DNA from: Verrucomicrobiota bacterium
Lineage (GTDB): Bacteria; Verrucomicrobiota; Verrucomicrobiia; Limisphaerales; Palsa-1400
Length of the DNA: 64,000 bases
Assembly (NCBI GenBank): GCA_049510745.1
Contig: JBEKYR010000003.1
Location: forward strand, 64,001-128,000
Reading direction: 5' to 3'
Positions 17,815 through 29,588 of the stretch are shown in pieces. Position 1 is the stretch's first letter. The number at the start of each line of letters is the position of its first letter. A program made the position numbers and the translations under genes. The notes below the pieces were generated by a model. That model was not told where the DNA came from, ran no database searches, and saw nothing but the letters and a program-made list of their open reading frames with translations.

Positions 17815-18087
17815 GTGATGTTTAACTGTCCTACTAACCGTTGCTTTCTGCAGACTGTTCCCGGTCATCGGGATTAAAATCATCACTGAACTGAGTTCAC
17901 CTGAGGATTCGCCATATCTTGAAAGTGACAAGCTTCCGAACAGGAAGCCAAGATGGCCCCATCCGGCGGAATAGCAAGATATATTTACAACTATTTTTCC
18001 TGGAGAGGGATGCGGCCGGCGAGCCGGGGCGCCGCAGCGCGGTTTGAGTTGGCCCTGGAGCGGGTTTTGTGAGAGGGTTTGGCCCCG

Positions 18088-19329
18088 ATGAACGTCGCTT
18101 TGCTGCAAAGAATTGACCGCTGGGCGGGGGCGCCTCTCTGCGGGGCGCTGACGTTGCTGCGGGCGGTTTTTGGCCGCGCGCTGCCCCCCGGCCCTGCGCC
18201 CGTCAGGCGCATTCTTTTCGTCAAATTGGCGGAGCAGGGTTCGACGGTCCTGGCCGCCGCTGCCATCGCGCGCGCCGTGCAGATGGTGGGACGGGAGCAG
18301 GTCTATTTCGTCCTGTTCGAGGAGAACCGGTTCATTCTCGATTTGCTCGATCTGGTGCCGCCGGAGAATGTCCTGGCGCTTTCGTCCCGGAGCCTGCCGC
18401 GGCTGCTTTCCACGACCTGGCGCGCGCTGCGCCAAATGTGGCGGCTGAAACTCGACGCGGCTATTGACATGGAGTTTTTCGCGCGCGGTTCGGCGGCCCT
18501 CGCTTTCCTGAGTGGCGCGAGAGCGCGGGTCGGCTTTCACGCTTTTTTTGGCGCCGGGCCGTATCGCGGCGATTTAATGACGCATCGGCTTCTCTATAAC
18601 CCGCATCTTCACACGACGGCCATGTTTCAAGTGCTGGTGGAGGCGTTGACAGTGGACCCGTCCCAATTGCCCACCTTCGGCATCAAGCCGCCGCCGGCGG
18701 AGAGTGTCTTGCGGCCATTCGAGCCGCGTCCGGGTGAGCGCGAACCGCTGCGGGCGATGTTGCCCAAGTCCAACGCGCCGCCGCCGCCGCTGATCCTGCT
18801 CAATCCCAACGCCGGCGATTTTCTCCCGCTGCGCAAATGGCCCGGGACGCGCTACGTCGAACTGGCCCGCCGTCTCCTGGCGCGATTCCCGGAGGTCTGC
18901 GTCGGGTTCACCGGCGGGCCGGCGGAAGCGGCGGCGGTGGAGGCGCTGGCGCGGCAGGTCGATTCGGAGCGATGCGTTTGCCTTGCGGGCAAGACGACGC
19001 TGCGTCAATTGATGGTATTGTACACGCTGGCGGAGGTTTTGGTGACGAACGACAGCGGCCCGGCGCATTTCGCGTCGCTGACTTCGATTGATGCGGTGAC
19101 GCTGTTTGGCCCGGAGACGCCGGAGCTTTTCGCCGCGCGCACGCCGCGCAGCCGCGCCCTCTGGGCCGGCCTGGCGTGCAGCCCGTGTGTCAACGCCTAC
19201 AACAACCGGCAATCGCCCTGTCGCAACAACGTCTGCATGCAACAGATCAGCGTGGACCAGGTGTTTGGCGAGGTCTGCGCCATTTACACGGCCCGTCTCC
19301 GGCAAAAGAATTCCGGCGCCGGGCGGTGA
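18088..19329 (+). CDS. Glycosyltransferase family 9 (heptosyltransferase-like)
   Basis: [43 protein letters not shown]. Confidence 0.88.
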   Translation: MNVALLQRIDRWAGAPLCGALTLLRAVFGRALPPGPAPVRRILFVKLAEQGSTVLAAAAIARAVQMVGREQVYFVLFEENRFILDLLDLVPPENVLALSSRSLPRLLSTTWRALRQMWRLKLDAAIDMEFFARGSAALAFLSGARARVGFHAFFGAGPYRGDLMTHRLLYNPHLHTTAMFQVLVEALTVDPSQLPTFGIKPPPAESVLRPFEPRPGEREPLRAMLPKSNAPPPPLILLNPNAGDFLPLRKWPGTRYVELARRLLARFPEVCVGFTGGPAEAAAVEALARQVDSERCVCLAGKTTLRQLMVLYTLAEVLVTNDSGPAHFASLTSIDAVTLFGPETPELFAARTPRSRALWAGLACSPCVNAYNNRQSPCRNNVCMQQISVDQVFGEVCAIYTARLRQKNSGAGR

Positions 19330-19409
19330 ACCGGCGGCGGAAGGGCGTATTGGGTCATTTGAGCATTCTTTCACAAATACACCGATTGATGAAACCTGTT
19401 CGCCTGCGC

Positions 19410-20543
19410 TCAAGGCCGGAAGAACCGGATGGCCAGGACATTGGCCACGGCTCCGAAGGCAAGCAGGACGGCCATGGGCAGGAGCGCGGCTTGGAGGCCG
19501 GCGCCGAAGCTGATCAATTGGTTCAGGCCGGCCAAGGCCCAGCCGGTGGGAAAACAAAGCGCGATGGTCTTCCACACCGGCGGCGCGATTTCCAGCGGCC
19601 ACCAACAGCCGCCGAGCGCGCCCATCAGCAGGCTTGTCAATACGCAAACGGGGATGACCCGGTCTTCGGAGGCGAAGCACGATCCCACCAGGACGCCCAG
19701 CGCCCCCGCCACCCACGAGAGGATCAGCAGGATCAAAATGACTCCGGGCAGGTTCGCCCCCAGGTTGACGTGAAAGACGAATTTGCCGAGCAACAGAAAG
19801 AAGACGACCTGGGCGGCGCCCAGCAAGGTGTTGCCGTAAATCTTGCCCAGAACAATCTCCAGACGCGAGGCGGCTGAGGTCGTCAATCTTCTGAGGATTC
19901 CGTTGCGCCGGGAAGCGGCCATCGATGCGCCGCCAAAAACCAGGAGGTTCAGCATCAAATACATCACCAGGTTGCCGGGCAGCGAGAAATTGAATCCGGA
20001 GGGCACGGGTCTGCGTCCGGCGAAATGCGAATTCAACTTCACCGGGTTGGGCGTTTCCCTGATTTCGCGCAGGCGCTCTTCGGTCAGCGTTGCGATCGTT
20101 CCCTCCCTGGTGATCGCCTCCAGGAGGTGTCCGTTCAAGCCGATCAAGGCGCGAGCCAGGCGCAATTCCAGCAGCGCGCTGTCCGCTTCGCCAGCGCCTT
20201 CGCGCCGCAGGAACTGGAGCCTGGTCTTTTCGCCGCGCAGCGTTCGCGCGGTGAAATCGGCGGGGATGCGCAATTCGCGGGCGGCCTTTGCGGCGTTGGT
20301 GGGATCGACCACCCACAGGCCCTCGGCGTGCATCTCTTCGAGCAAGGCGCGGGAGAGAAAATTGGTGTCTTTGTTGTCAATCAGAACCGGCGGGTGGCGG
20401 TTGGAGGGATCGCCCGGCCCGCGCAGGGCGTAGCCCAGGAAGTACATCACGGCCGTCGGAATGGCGAAGAGCCAGACGTAGGCCGTCCTGCTCTTGAAGA
20501 AAATGCGCAGGTCGTTGTGGCCGATGTCAAGAATTCGTCGCAT
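19410..20543 (-). CDS. ABC-2 type exporter permease
   Basis: Start MRRILDIGHNDLR overlaps upstream stop (ATGA); LGGCWWPLEIAP motif. Confidence 0.85.
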   Translation of the reverse strand: MRRILDIGHNDLRIFFKSRTAYVWLFAIPTAVMYFLGYALRGPGDPSNRHPPVLIDNKDTNFLSRALLEEMHAEGLWVVDPTNAAKAARELRIPADFTARTLRGEKTRLQFLRREGAGEADSALLELRLARALIGLNGHLLEAITREGTIATLTEERLREIRETPNPVKLNSHFAGRRPVPSGFNFSLPGNLVMYLMLNLLVFGGASMAASRRNGILRRLTTSAASRLEIVLGKIYGNTLLGAAQVVFFLLLGKFVFHVNLGANLPGVILILLILSWVAGALGVLVGSCFASEDRVIPVCVLTSLLMGALGGCWWPLEIAPPVWKTIALCFPTGWALAGLNQLISFGAGLQAALLPMAVLLAFGAVANVLAIRFFRP

Positions 20544-21835
20544 CAGCGCAATCCTTTCTCGAAACGGCGCTTGAAGAGAAAGGCCGCCAGGGCGACGCCC
20601 AGCGCGCCGAGCGCGGCCAGTTTGGCCGCGGGGATGAACCACGAGGCGTCCGACCACCACAGTTCCCGCGCCGTGGCGGCGAACCAATAGGTCGGCAGGA
20701 GCGGCGCGAGATGTTTGCCAACCGCGGCGGGCAATTGGTCCGGCGGAAACATGCAGCCTCCGGCCATGCTGAAAACCATGCTCAAGACGTTGTTGAGGGC
20801 GTTGGCGCGGCGTTCGTCCGGCATGAGGGCGACGGTGACGGCCATCAAGCCGGTGGCAAACCACACGTAAGCCAGCGTCAACAGGCCGAGCTGGAGCGGT
20901 CGTGGCCAGCGGAAATGAAAGAGCAACTGCCCGCCGGCCAGCATGATCGCCGCACCCATCGAAACGATGACGACCGTAAAAAGCGCCTTGGCCGCCACGA
21001 AGGGAAGCAGGCGGTCGCGCAGGGTGTGGTAACGCTCGAAGGTGCCCTGCCACAATTCGCGGTGCAGATCCGCCATCGCCTGGCTGGCGAGCAGGAGCAG
21101 GAACATTGCCGCCAAACCCACCAATAAATAGGCGAAGATATTAAACTTTGGCGCCGATCTTTCCCGCGGCCCTGAAGTTGAAGCGGCGGATTTTGGGCCG
21201 GCGTCCGCCGGGGCGTCGGCGGGCGCGGCGCTGTTGGTGTAGCCCACCAAGGGCGGGAAAAGGTATTTGCGCGCCGCCTGAAGTTTGTTGCCGGTCTGTT
21301 CGATGAGCCGGGCGGCCTCGTGGTAGTCGCCCCGGCCTTCGATCACTTCGCGCCAGGCGGGGAATTCGGAATTGAAATTGCGCGAGAGGCCGTTGAGGGC
21401 GCTGACGACGACTTGCAGCAATTCCTCCAAGACGGCCGGGTGAATTTGCTCCGCCGGATTCTTGACTAATTCGAGCTGGACGTTCCGGCCGGTCAGATAG
21501 TTGGAGGCGAAATGCGGCGGAATGACGAGGATCGCGCTGAGCTTTTCGTCTTTCAACTGCTGCTCCGCCGCGTCGCGCTCCAGAAAAACGGGTTCGAGAT
21601 ACTGGCCGGCTTTGCCCTGGTTGGCCGCGCCGCGCAGGAAGTCCGCCAGGGGCGACTTGTCTTGATCGACGACGGCGAATTTGATCCGGCCGAGGCTGTT
21701 GTCATTGCCGCTCCAGCCGCCGAAGACCATCCCGATGACCGCCGTGATGAGAATGGGCAGGGAGAGGTTCAGCAGCCAGGGCAGGGGGTTGCGCCAGGCG
21801 CGCCGCAGGTCTTTGGCGAGGAGAGCGCGCAGCAC
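20543..21835 (-). CDS. ABC-2 type exporter permease
   Basis: LLAKDLRR N-terminus, large periplasmic loop, GGCMFPPDQLP. Confidence 0.85.
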   Translation of the reverse strand: MLRALLAKDLRRAWRNPLPWLLNLSLPILITAVIGMVFGGWSGNDNSLGRIKFAVVDQDKSPLADFLRGAANQGKAGQYLEPVFLERDAAEQQLKDEKLSAILVIPPHFASNYLTGRNVQLELVKNPAEQIHPAVLEELLQVVVSALNGLSRNFNSEFPAWREVIEGRGDYHEAARLIEQTGNKLQAARKYLFPPLVGYTNSAAPADAPADAGPKSAASTSGPRERSAPKFNIFAYLLVGLAAMFLLLLASQAMADLHRELWQGTFERYHTLRDRLLPFVAAKALFTVVIVSMGAAIMLAGGQLLFHFRWPRPLQLGLLTLAYVWFATGLMAVTVALMPDERRANALNNVLSMVFSMAGGCMFPPDQLPAAVGKHLAPLLPTYWFAATARELWWSDASWFIPAAKLAALGALGVALAAFLFKRRFEKGLR

Positions 21836-21836
21836 G

Positions 21837-22769
<933 letters not shown>

Positions 22770-22851
22770 GCGGGCATCGTAGGGGGCGCGCGACGGAGGG
22801 CAAGCGTTATGTGTTCAGCGGCGCGATAGTCGCTCCGTCAGGGGCCTCGCT

Positions 22852-25314
22852 TCATCGGGCCGTGAGCTGCAATTGGTAACGGGGAATGATTTCGACGCTC
22901 CGGAGCGTGGCAACGCCGGCTGCCTCGCCGAAATCCGGGCGCGCGTTTTCGGCCAGATAAATGGGCGCGTCTTTGCGCAGCGGAAGAATGGCAATGCGCA
23001 GGCCGCCCTTGAGAACGTCGGGAGCGTGACGGCGCAATCCGACGTCAAACGCGTTGCCGTTGTAAAAGTCATCGGTAATAAATTTGCCGTCCAGGATCAC
23101 GCGGGCGACGTCGCCGACGTAATGAAACCGAAGAATAGGATCGGCGCCGAGGTCCAAACGAGGCGGGATTTTCACGCGCCAAACCGCCGCCGCTTCAAAG
23201 TCCGAATCCAAAGGAGCGGCGGCAACGGGCTGCTTGATTTTGCCGACGGGAATTTCCCGCGGCGGCCCGGCGGCCCGCACCTTTTTGAAAGTGGCCTTGA
23301 GTTTGAAAGCTCGCGGGGCATGGGGAGTAAAGCGCTGGAAGACGCCCTCGGTTTTGGGCGCAAGATCGCTGCCCCCGGATTCGAGCGCGGAGGGGGCCGG
23401 GTAAATCGCCACGGTGAGGTCAGCCGGGTCGGCAGAGGCCAGGCGGAGATTGTCTCCATCGAGGACGAGGCCGGCACGAGTGAGAAAGACCCGGTCGCGA
23501 CCCCGCAAATTGCCTTTCCACAAAGCCAGGGAGCCATTCTTATCAAGCACAACGAGCTGGAGCGAGCGCCCATCCGCCAGCCGGACCCTGGCCGCGACCT
23601 CCGCGCCCGGCGTTATATCGCGGAGCAGGGTGGCGTCTTCGCCGCGGGTGAGGCGGCCGGTGACGGCTTCCAGCGGCGGGCTGTTTGTTTCGAAAGCAAA
23701 TTGCGCGGGAACGCCTTCGGTTTCCGCGAAAAAGACGGTGCGCACCTGGCCGTCGTCAATGGCGGTGAGCGGCTGCGCGGTGGCCCAGAGCAGCCGAACG
23801 CCCTGGCCAAGATCGAGATGGAACGGCCAGAGGAGGCAGGCGCCGGACGGAATGGTGACGGGGTTTTGCGGGAAGAGCAGGGGGCCGGCCGGAAGACGGA
23901 TCAGGAACTGCACGTCCTTTTTCGGAGGCATGTCCTGCAGGCGCTGATAATTATTGACGAAAACGAATCCGCTCTCGCCGTCGGAGCGAACACTCCAGCG
24001 CAGGGTGTCAAAGTCATTTTTTCCCTGCGGGCGCTGATCCGGCAGGGCCGCGGGCATTCCCGCCAAAACCGAACCCCACTCGTGAAGGAAAAGATGGAGG
24101 CGCCGCAAGAGGTGGTATTGCCCGCGGATTTGACCATACTGGCCGAGCGGGGCCTGGAAGTCGTAGTTCTTGACGGGCATGTCATTCCAGTACTCGGTGG
24201 CTTGCGATTCCATCAAGGTGGTCAACTTGCCTTCGGGATTGACGCCGCCGTGATACATGTAGTAGCCGGGCAAGGTGCTGCCCGAGCCGAGCTTGATGAG
24301 CGTGGTGGACTCGACGTCCTTGGGATTGACAAGAATGCGCCGGTGGTAGCTGTTCATCATGCCGCCCCCAATTTCGCAGGTGAGATACGGATATTGTTCC
24401 GAGTCCGGCGGGTCTTCCGCGCCGCCTTCGCCGGGAATCCCGCCGGCGGTGGCATCATCCATGCGGAAATTGGAAAAATGAAACCCTTTCCAATAGCCCG
24501 CCGGCATGGGCGTGAGAACCCGGTCCCAAAAACCTTCCGCATAGACGCCGTAGAGGGGGACGATTTCGCCGAAGGGCAGGCGCCCCGAGGGTTGGTTCCA
24601 GCCGGTGCGCGTGTAGAGCGGGGCGTCCAGCCCCGCTTCCCGGCCGATGCGTTTGAGCGTCAATAAATGTTCGGCGGGGCCGCTGTATTCGTTTTCGAAC
24701 TGGATGCCAATGACCGGTCCGCCGTCCTTCCAGAACAGCCCGTCAAGCTGCCGGGCGATCTCGCCGTAGAGGATTCTTGTCTTGTCGAGATAATTCGAAT
24801 CGTTGGCGCGGGTTTCCCAGCCTTTTTTCAGAAGCCAGTCGGGGAAGCCGCCGTTGCGCGCTTCGCCGTGGTCCCAGGGACCGCACCGCACAAAAGCCTT
24901 CAGCCCGACTTCCTGGCAGAGTTGAATGAAGCGCCGCAAGTTGCGCGATCCCGACCAATCAAATTGTCCTTCAATCTCTTCGTGAAAAATCCAGAAAACG
25001 TAGGTGGAGACGATGTCAACGCCGCCGGCCTTCATCTTGAGCAGCTCTTCGCGCCACTCCTGCTCCGGGTAGCGGGCGAAGTGAAACTCGCCCATCACAG
25101 GCGTCCACCGCTTGCCGTTGAGCAGGAGGCTGCCGCTATCAAGCGTCAGCGTGGCGCCGTCCGGGCGGCGGGCGCCGCCCATGTTGAAGCCTTCCGTGAC
25201 AGGAGGCTTTGGCGCGGTAATGGTGATGGTGTGGCCGTCCGCCAAGGCGATCGCGGGAGCCAGAAGGGCCAGGCACGTTGTCAACCCAAGTTTCCGCAGG
25301 TCAAATCCAGTCAC
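22852..25314 (-). CDS. Glycoside hydrolase family 35 beta-galactosidase, secreted
   Basis: MGEFHFAR, KMKAGG, YVFWIFHE, GGPVIGIQFENEY, YYMYHGG.NP, YDFQAPLG. Confidence 0.88.
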   Translation of the reverse strand: MTGFDLRKLGLTTCLALLAPAIALADGHTITITAPKPPVTEGFNMGGARRPDGATLTLDSGSLLLNGKRWTPVMGEFHFARYPEQEWREELLKMKAGGVDIVSTYVFWIFHEEIEGQFDWSGSRNLRRFIQLCQEVGLKAFVRCGPWDHGEARNGGFPDWLLKKGWETRANDSNYLDKTRILYGEIARQLDGLFWKDGGPVIGIQFENEYSGPAEHLLTLKRIGREAGLDAPLYTRTGWNQPSGRLPFGEIVPLYGVYAEGFWDRVLTPMPAGYWKGFHFSNFRMDDATAGGIPGEGGAEDPPDSEQYPYLTCEIGGGMMNSYHRRILVNPKDVESTTLIKLGSGSTLPGYYMYHGGVNPEGKLTTLMESQATEYWNDMPVKNYDFQAPLGQYGQIRGQYHLLRRLHLFLHEWGSVLAGMPAALPDQRPQGKNDFDTLRWSVRSDGESGFVFVNNYQRLQDMPPKKDVQFLIRLPAGPLLFPQNPVTIPSGACLLWPFHLDLGQGVRLLWATAQPLTAIDDGQVRTVFFAETEGVPAQFAFETNSPPLEAVTGRLTRGEDATLLRDITPGAEVAARVRLADGRSLQLVVLDKNGSLALWKGNLRGRDRVFLTRAGLVLDGDNLRLASADPADLTVAIYPAPSALESGGSDLAPKTEGVFQRFTPHAPRAFKLKATFKKVRAAGPPREIPVGKIKQPVAAAPLDSDFEAAAVWRVKIPPRLDLGADPILRFHYVGDVARVILDGKFITDDFYNGNAFDVGLRRHAPDVLKGGLRIAILPLRKDAPIYLAENARPDFGEAAGVATLRSVEIIPRYQLQLTAR

Positions 25315-25360
25315 AAAAAAAAGCCCGGTTCATCAGTTTCGAAAACTCGCGGTTCAAACC

Positions 25361-25392
25361 AGGCTGTAAGCGGGGTCAACCGCTTGCAGCCT
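25361..25392 (-). terminator. Stem-loop downstream of the large secreted protein gene
   Basis: aggctgtaagcgg / ccgcttgcagcct 13-bp stem with one mismatch; weak U-tract. Confidence 0.5.
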
Positions 25393-25416
25393 TTCTGGAT
25401 TTGGAGTTTGAGTGAT

Positions 25417-28400
25417 TTAACGCCCAATAAGCCGGAAGTACTTCTGGGACCCGGCAACGGACACTGTCAGCGAATGTTGCCCCAGCGTGTTGGGCACATC
25501 CTGCCAATTCGACGGGCTTAAGCTCGTTGCGCTCTGCAGGTTCACCGCCGCGTTTCCGACCCAAGTCAGCGTGACCGAACCGTTCACAAGGGGGCCGATG
25601 TTGAGGCCGCCAATGAGGCTGCCCGGACCGGTGGCTTGAATGGTGAAAGAATTGTAATTAAGGTCCGCGCCGGACGTGCCAAAATGCTGGAACAGCAAGC
25701 CCGCGGCCGTGATCGGCCCGCTCAGGTTTTGGGCCGGCGGCCCCCCCACGATCACGCCCGCCGTGCCAACAAGGGTGAGAGTCTTCCACTGCGACGCCAA
25801 GGGGCTGTATAGTTGCGGGCCTGAAGCGGGAAGAGTGGTGTAAGCCGTTGTGGACAAGGGAGTGGCGGGGGAAGAAGTGGCCGGCTCCACCGGTGTGGCC
25901 ATGGCATACCATTGGCCCCCCTGCTGCACGGCGAATGAGGCGGAGGCGTTGGTATAAGCCGCGTTGCCCGCCTCCATACTCGTTGAAAACCCGATGCTGC
26001 CGGCCGGATAGTTCGCAGGGTCGAAGGCGATGAACGGCAGTCCCGAAAAGCCGGTGTCACTTGCCGTCGAAGCGTAAAAGAGGGAATTGGTCGGGGTTCC
26101 TTCATAAGCGTAAGCCGCCCCCGTGCCAGCCAAGGCGCTGCCGATTTGGAAAACGCGAGCCGGAAAATCCGATTGGTTCGTCCAGCCAATAAGGCCAAGG
26201 GGCTGATTATTCGCGCTCCCCGCAGGGATTGGCTTATAAAGAGGGAAAGACTCATTGTAAATCAGGCCGAGCGGCGGAGGGTTCACCGTCAAGGTGGGAA
26301 GCCCGTAGGTATCGTTTGGACTGCTGGCAAGATCCGTCGTGCCGGCCGGGTTGGAGACAGTCGGATCATAAGCTCCCGCGTCCGCGCTGCTGACATTTTG
26401 GATGGTGATTTCCGTGGTCTGTGCTCCGCTAATAATGGACCCCGTGGCGGTCGTGCCATTGGTCAGATAAACGCCATTGAACTGCCAGTTGTTGGTGAGC
26501 GGAAGCGTGCCGGCCTCCGTAAAATAGAAGGACGCTCCGCCGCCCGCGTAAACCGTCTGCGGATAAGGCACGTCCGGCAGGGAGGGGAAGCTGGCCAGAA
26601 CGGGCGGGGTTGAATCCGTGACCAGGGCAAAATCATTGACAAAGTACTCCGCGGCAGTGCCGGCGAAAACGAAGACCAGCCCGGCGCCGATGATGTCTCC
26701 GGTAAGATCGGCCGCGGCGCCCGATCCGATGGTGGCGGAACTCGGGCCGACCGTCAGCGTGTTCCACTCCTGCATGGCTGGACTGAATTGCAGCCCGTAG
26801 GTGTTGAACAGAGTGGGATTGGGGGCAAACAGGATGGCGGACGAACTCACATACCACTGGCCTCCCGTCATCTGGACCGCGAAGTAGATGCTCGCGGTGG
26901 TGTCGGCAGTCGGGTCGGCGATCGAGGCGCGAAAAGACACAAAGGGGTAATTGCTGGGGTTTATGGCCGTAAAAGGCAAGCCTGACAGCCCGGGAACGTC
27001 CGAGGCGGTTGAGGTGAAAAAGCCCGTTGTCGTGGCCGTGGTTTCATAGGCATACAAACTTCCGCTTTCGTCAAGACGATTGGGATTGTCCGCGGAGGGA
27101 ACGGCGCCAAACCATCCGATCGCCGCCAGCGGCTCGCCGGCGGGGAAGGGTCCCACAAAGGGGAATGTTTCCGCGTACAAAACGTCGCTCGGGACAGGAT
27201 TGACGGTCAAAGTATTGGTCGTGTAGTTGGTGCTGTAATCCGCGCCATAGAGATTGCCGACCTCGACTGAATAAGTTCCCGCGTCGGCGGAGCTGACATT
27301 GGAAATGGTGATCAGGTTGGAAGCCGCCCCGATGACAAAGGACCCGGTTCCAGCAGCCCCGTTATGAAGAACAGTGGAGCCGCCAGGCGTCGTCAATGTC
27401 CAGGTGTAGGTCAAAGTGGGTGTGCCGACGAAGGCATCGACCGCAAACGACGCGGTCCCCCCTGCATAGGCTGTCTGGCTGAAGCCCGGCGCGTCAATCT
27501 TTGGCGCGACGGCGCCGCTCGGATTGACCAGCGGCGTCGTAACGCTAAAAGTGGCGTAATTGATGCCGTAACCGGTGGTGCCGCCCGCGTACGCCGGGTC
27601 CCCAACGAGCACGATCCCAACGCCGGTGATCGGACCGGACAAATTGGACGTCGCCAGACCGCCGATAATGACGGAGCCAGCAGGGTCCAAGGCACCCTCC
27701 TGGAATGTCAGGGTGTTCCAATAGCTGGCGAGGGGATTAAACACCAGACTGTTGAGCGTGAAAAAAGGGTTCCCGGGAGCGTTGTTCGTAAATCCGTTGG
27801 TGGAGACATACCATTGTCCGCCCACTCCGGCGACGGCGCCGATTTGAACCGCAAAATAGTTGGTCGCATGGGTGGTGGCGTTGAACTGGGACTCCATGTT
27901 CAAGACCACTCCGCCCGGATAATTGGCCGGGTTGATATCGGTGAACGTAGAGTCGCCGTCAGTGCCGGGGCCGTTGGTGTCGGTCGTGTAAAAAATTCCG
28001 ACGGAGTTGGCTTGGTCCAAGGACGCATAAAGGGCATTATTGGTGCCATTCATGTTCCCAAGGGGGGGAGGAGGGAAAGTCACACCCGTGCCAGGGTCTA
28101 AGCTCCCGGCTGCGGCGTACGACCCGGTGTAGGCAATGCCGGATGCGCTCCAGCCAACATCGGCCAAGTCCGCGGCCCCGTTCTGGGTGCCCGTGGCGTT
28201 GAAGAAGGGGGTGCCCCAGTCTTCCGCATAGATGGTGGCGGAGGGCGGGGTGGAAGTCGATGGAACGGACGCTGAGATGACAATCTCATTGTAATTCCAA
28301 CCGCCGGGACCCACCTGAACAATACCGACACCGGTGATCGGACCGGACAAATTCGCCGTCGCCGCCGAACCGATGGTAACGCTGTTGGCGTTGAGGGTCA

Positions 28401-29541
28401 GTTGATTCCAGGCGGATGCAAGGGTGGTATAAGGCGTGCTGGCAAGCGTAAACTGGGGGTAACTGGGATCGGAGCCTGTCAGCGCGGTGGCCGATACATA
28501 CCATGCCCCGCCCACCTGAACGGCAAAGTAGTTGGCGGCAGTGGTGCCTTCGTCGCTCGCTTCCACGGAAAGAGTCAGGCCCGTGTGTTGCGTCGGGTCA
28601 ATGGCGTTGAACGAGGTGTCGCCGCCGCTTCCGGCGCCGGCGCCCGCCACGGTGTAAAACATCCCGTTTTGCCCTGCTGACAAGCTGGTGAAATAAGCCG
28701 TGCTCTTGGGCAATGGATTGCCGCTGGAGGAGTCGGTTGCGCCCGTGGCTGGGTAGAAGCCCTCCCACGGCGGGCCGCCGGAAGGCGCTACGAGAGTCCA
28801 ACCCACAGCCGTGAAACTCCCGCCTCCGTTGGTCGTGCCCCAATCTTCTGTATAAACGATCGGGGACGGAGTAGCTGAGATGACAATCTCATTGTAATTC
28901 CAACCGCCGGGACCCACCTCGACAATGCCGACGCCGGTGATCGGACCGGACAAATTCGCCGTCGCCGCGGCGCCGATGGTGACGCTGTTGGCGCTGAGGG
29001 TCAGTTGATTCCAAGCGGAGGCAAGGGTGGTATAGGGCGTGCTGGTGAGCGTAAACTGCGGGTAACTGGGATCGGAGCCTGTCAGCGCGGTGGCCGACAC
29101 ATACCATGCTCCGCCCACCTGCACCGCAAAGTAGTTGGTGGCGGTGGTGCCCTCGTCGCTCGCTTCCACGGAAAGAGTCACGCTCTGGAATTGCGTCGGG
29201 TCAATGGTGGTGAACGAGGAGTCGCCGCCGCTTCCGGCGCCGGCGCCCGCCACGGTGTAAAACATCCCGTTCTGCCCCGCCGCCAAGCTGGTGAAATAAG
29301 CCGTGCTCTTGGGCAACGGCTTGCCGCTGGAGGAGTCGGTCGCGCCCGTGGCTGAATAGAAGCCCTCCCACGGCGGGCCACCGGAAGGCGCTATGAGAGT
29401 CCAACCCACAGCCGCGAAATTCCCGCCTCCGTTGGTGGTGCCCCAATCTTCTGTATAAACGATGGTGCTTGCGGCCGAGGCATGCGGGAGCGCGCCAAAA
29501 AGGGCGGCGGCAAGGACGATGAGTGACAGTAATTTTTTCAT
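25417..29541 (-). CDS. Large secreted protein with five copies of an unnamed ~200-aa domain and two Ig-like domains
   Basis: Signal peptide; recurring YxExW/F...FAVQxGGxWYxS...LSGPITGVG; Ig motifs (DAGTYSVEVGN, DAGAYDPTVSN); C-terminal KYFRL. Confidence 0.85.
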   Translation of the reverse strand: MKKLLSLIVLAAALFGALPHASAASTIVYTEDWGTTNGGGNFAAVGWTLIAPSGGPPWEGFYSATGATDSSSGKPLPKSTAYFTSLAAGQNGMFYTVAGAGAGSGGDSSFTTIDPTQFQSVTLSVEASDEGTTATNYFAVQVGGAWYVSATALTGSDPSYPQFTLTSTPYTTLASAWNQLTLSANSVTIGAAATANLSGPITGVGIVEVGPGGWNYNEIVISATPSPIVYTEDWGTTNGGGSFTAVGWTLVAPSGGPPWEGFYPATGATDSSSGNPLPKSTAYFTSLSAGQNGMFYTVAGAGAGSGGDTSFNAIDPTQHTGLTLSVEASDEGTTAANYFAVQVGGAWYVSATALTGSDPSYPQFTLASTPYTTLASAWNQLTLNANSVTIGSAATANLSGPITGVGIVQVGPGGWNYNEIVISASVPSTSTPPSATIYAEDWGTPFFNATGTQNGAADLADVGWSASGIAYTGSYAAAGSLDPGTGVTFPPPPLGNMNGTNNALYASLDQANSVGIFYTTDTNGPGTDGDSTFTDINPANYPGGVVLNMESQFNATTHATNYFAVQIGAVAGVGGQWYVSTNGFTNNAPGNPFFTLNSLVFNPLASYWNTLTFQEGALDPAGSVIIGGLATSNLSGPITGVGIVLVGDPAYAGGTTGYGINYATFSVTTPLVNPSGAVAPKIDAPGFSQTAYAGGTASFAVDAFVGTPTLTYTWTLTTPGGSTVLHNGAAGTGSFVIGAASNLITISNVSSADAGTYSVEVGNLYGADYSTNYTTNTLTVNPVPSDVLYAETFPFVGPFPAGEPLAAIGWFGAVPSADNPNRLDESGSLYAYETTATTTGFFTSTASDVPGLSGLPFTAINPSNYPFVSFRASIADPTADTTASIYFAVQMTGGQWYVSSSAILFAPNPTLFNTYGLQFSPAMQEWNTLTVGPSSATIGSGAAADLTGDIIGAGLVFVFAGTAAEYFVNDFALVTDSTPPVLASFPSLPDVPYPQTVYAGGGASFYFTEAGTLPLTNNWQFNGVYLTNGTTATGSIISGAQTTEITIQNVSSADAGAYDPTVSNPAGTTDLASSPNDTYGLPTLTVNPPPLGLIYNESFPLYKPIPAGSANNQPLGLIGWTNQSDFPARVFQIGSALAGTGAAYAYEGTPTNSLFYASTASDTGFSGLPFIAFDPANYPAGSIGFSTSMEAGNAAYTNASASFAVQQGGQWYAMATPVEPATSSPATPLSTTAYTTLPASGPQLYSPLASQWKTLTLVGTAGVIVGGPPAQNLSGPITAAGLLFQHFGTSGADLNYNSFTIQATGPGSLIGGLNIGPLVNGSVTLTWVGNAAVNLQSATSLSPSNWQDVPNTLGQHSLTVSVAGSQKYFRLIGR
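28271..29463. repeat. Intragenic tandem duplication, 603-bp offset
   Basis: 28271-28860 and 28874-29463 are near-identical at DNA level. Confidence 0.9.
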
Positions 29542-29588
29542 ATTTGATTGGATCAGTCTAAGGTTTGGAACTCGGACACGAATTACCG

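Noticed and set aside
17815..18540. N-terminal 240 aa of the 346-aa ORF containing the RRM domain
   Set aside because: Overlaps the GT9 gene on the other strand; the RRM protein starts at 17814
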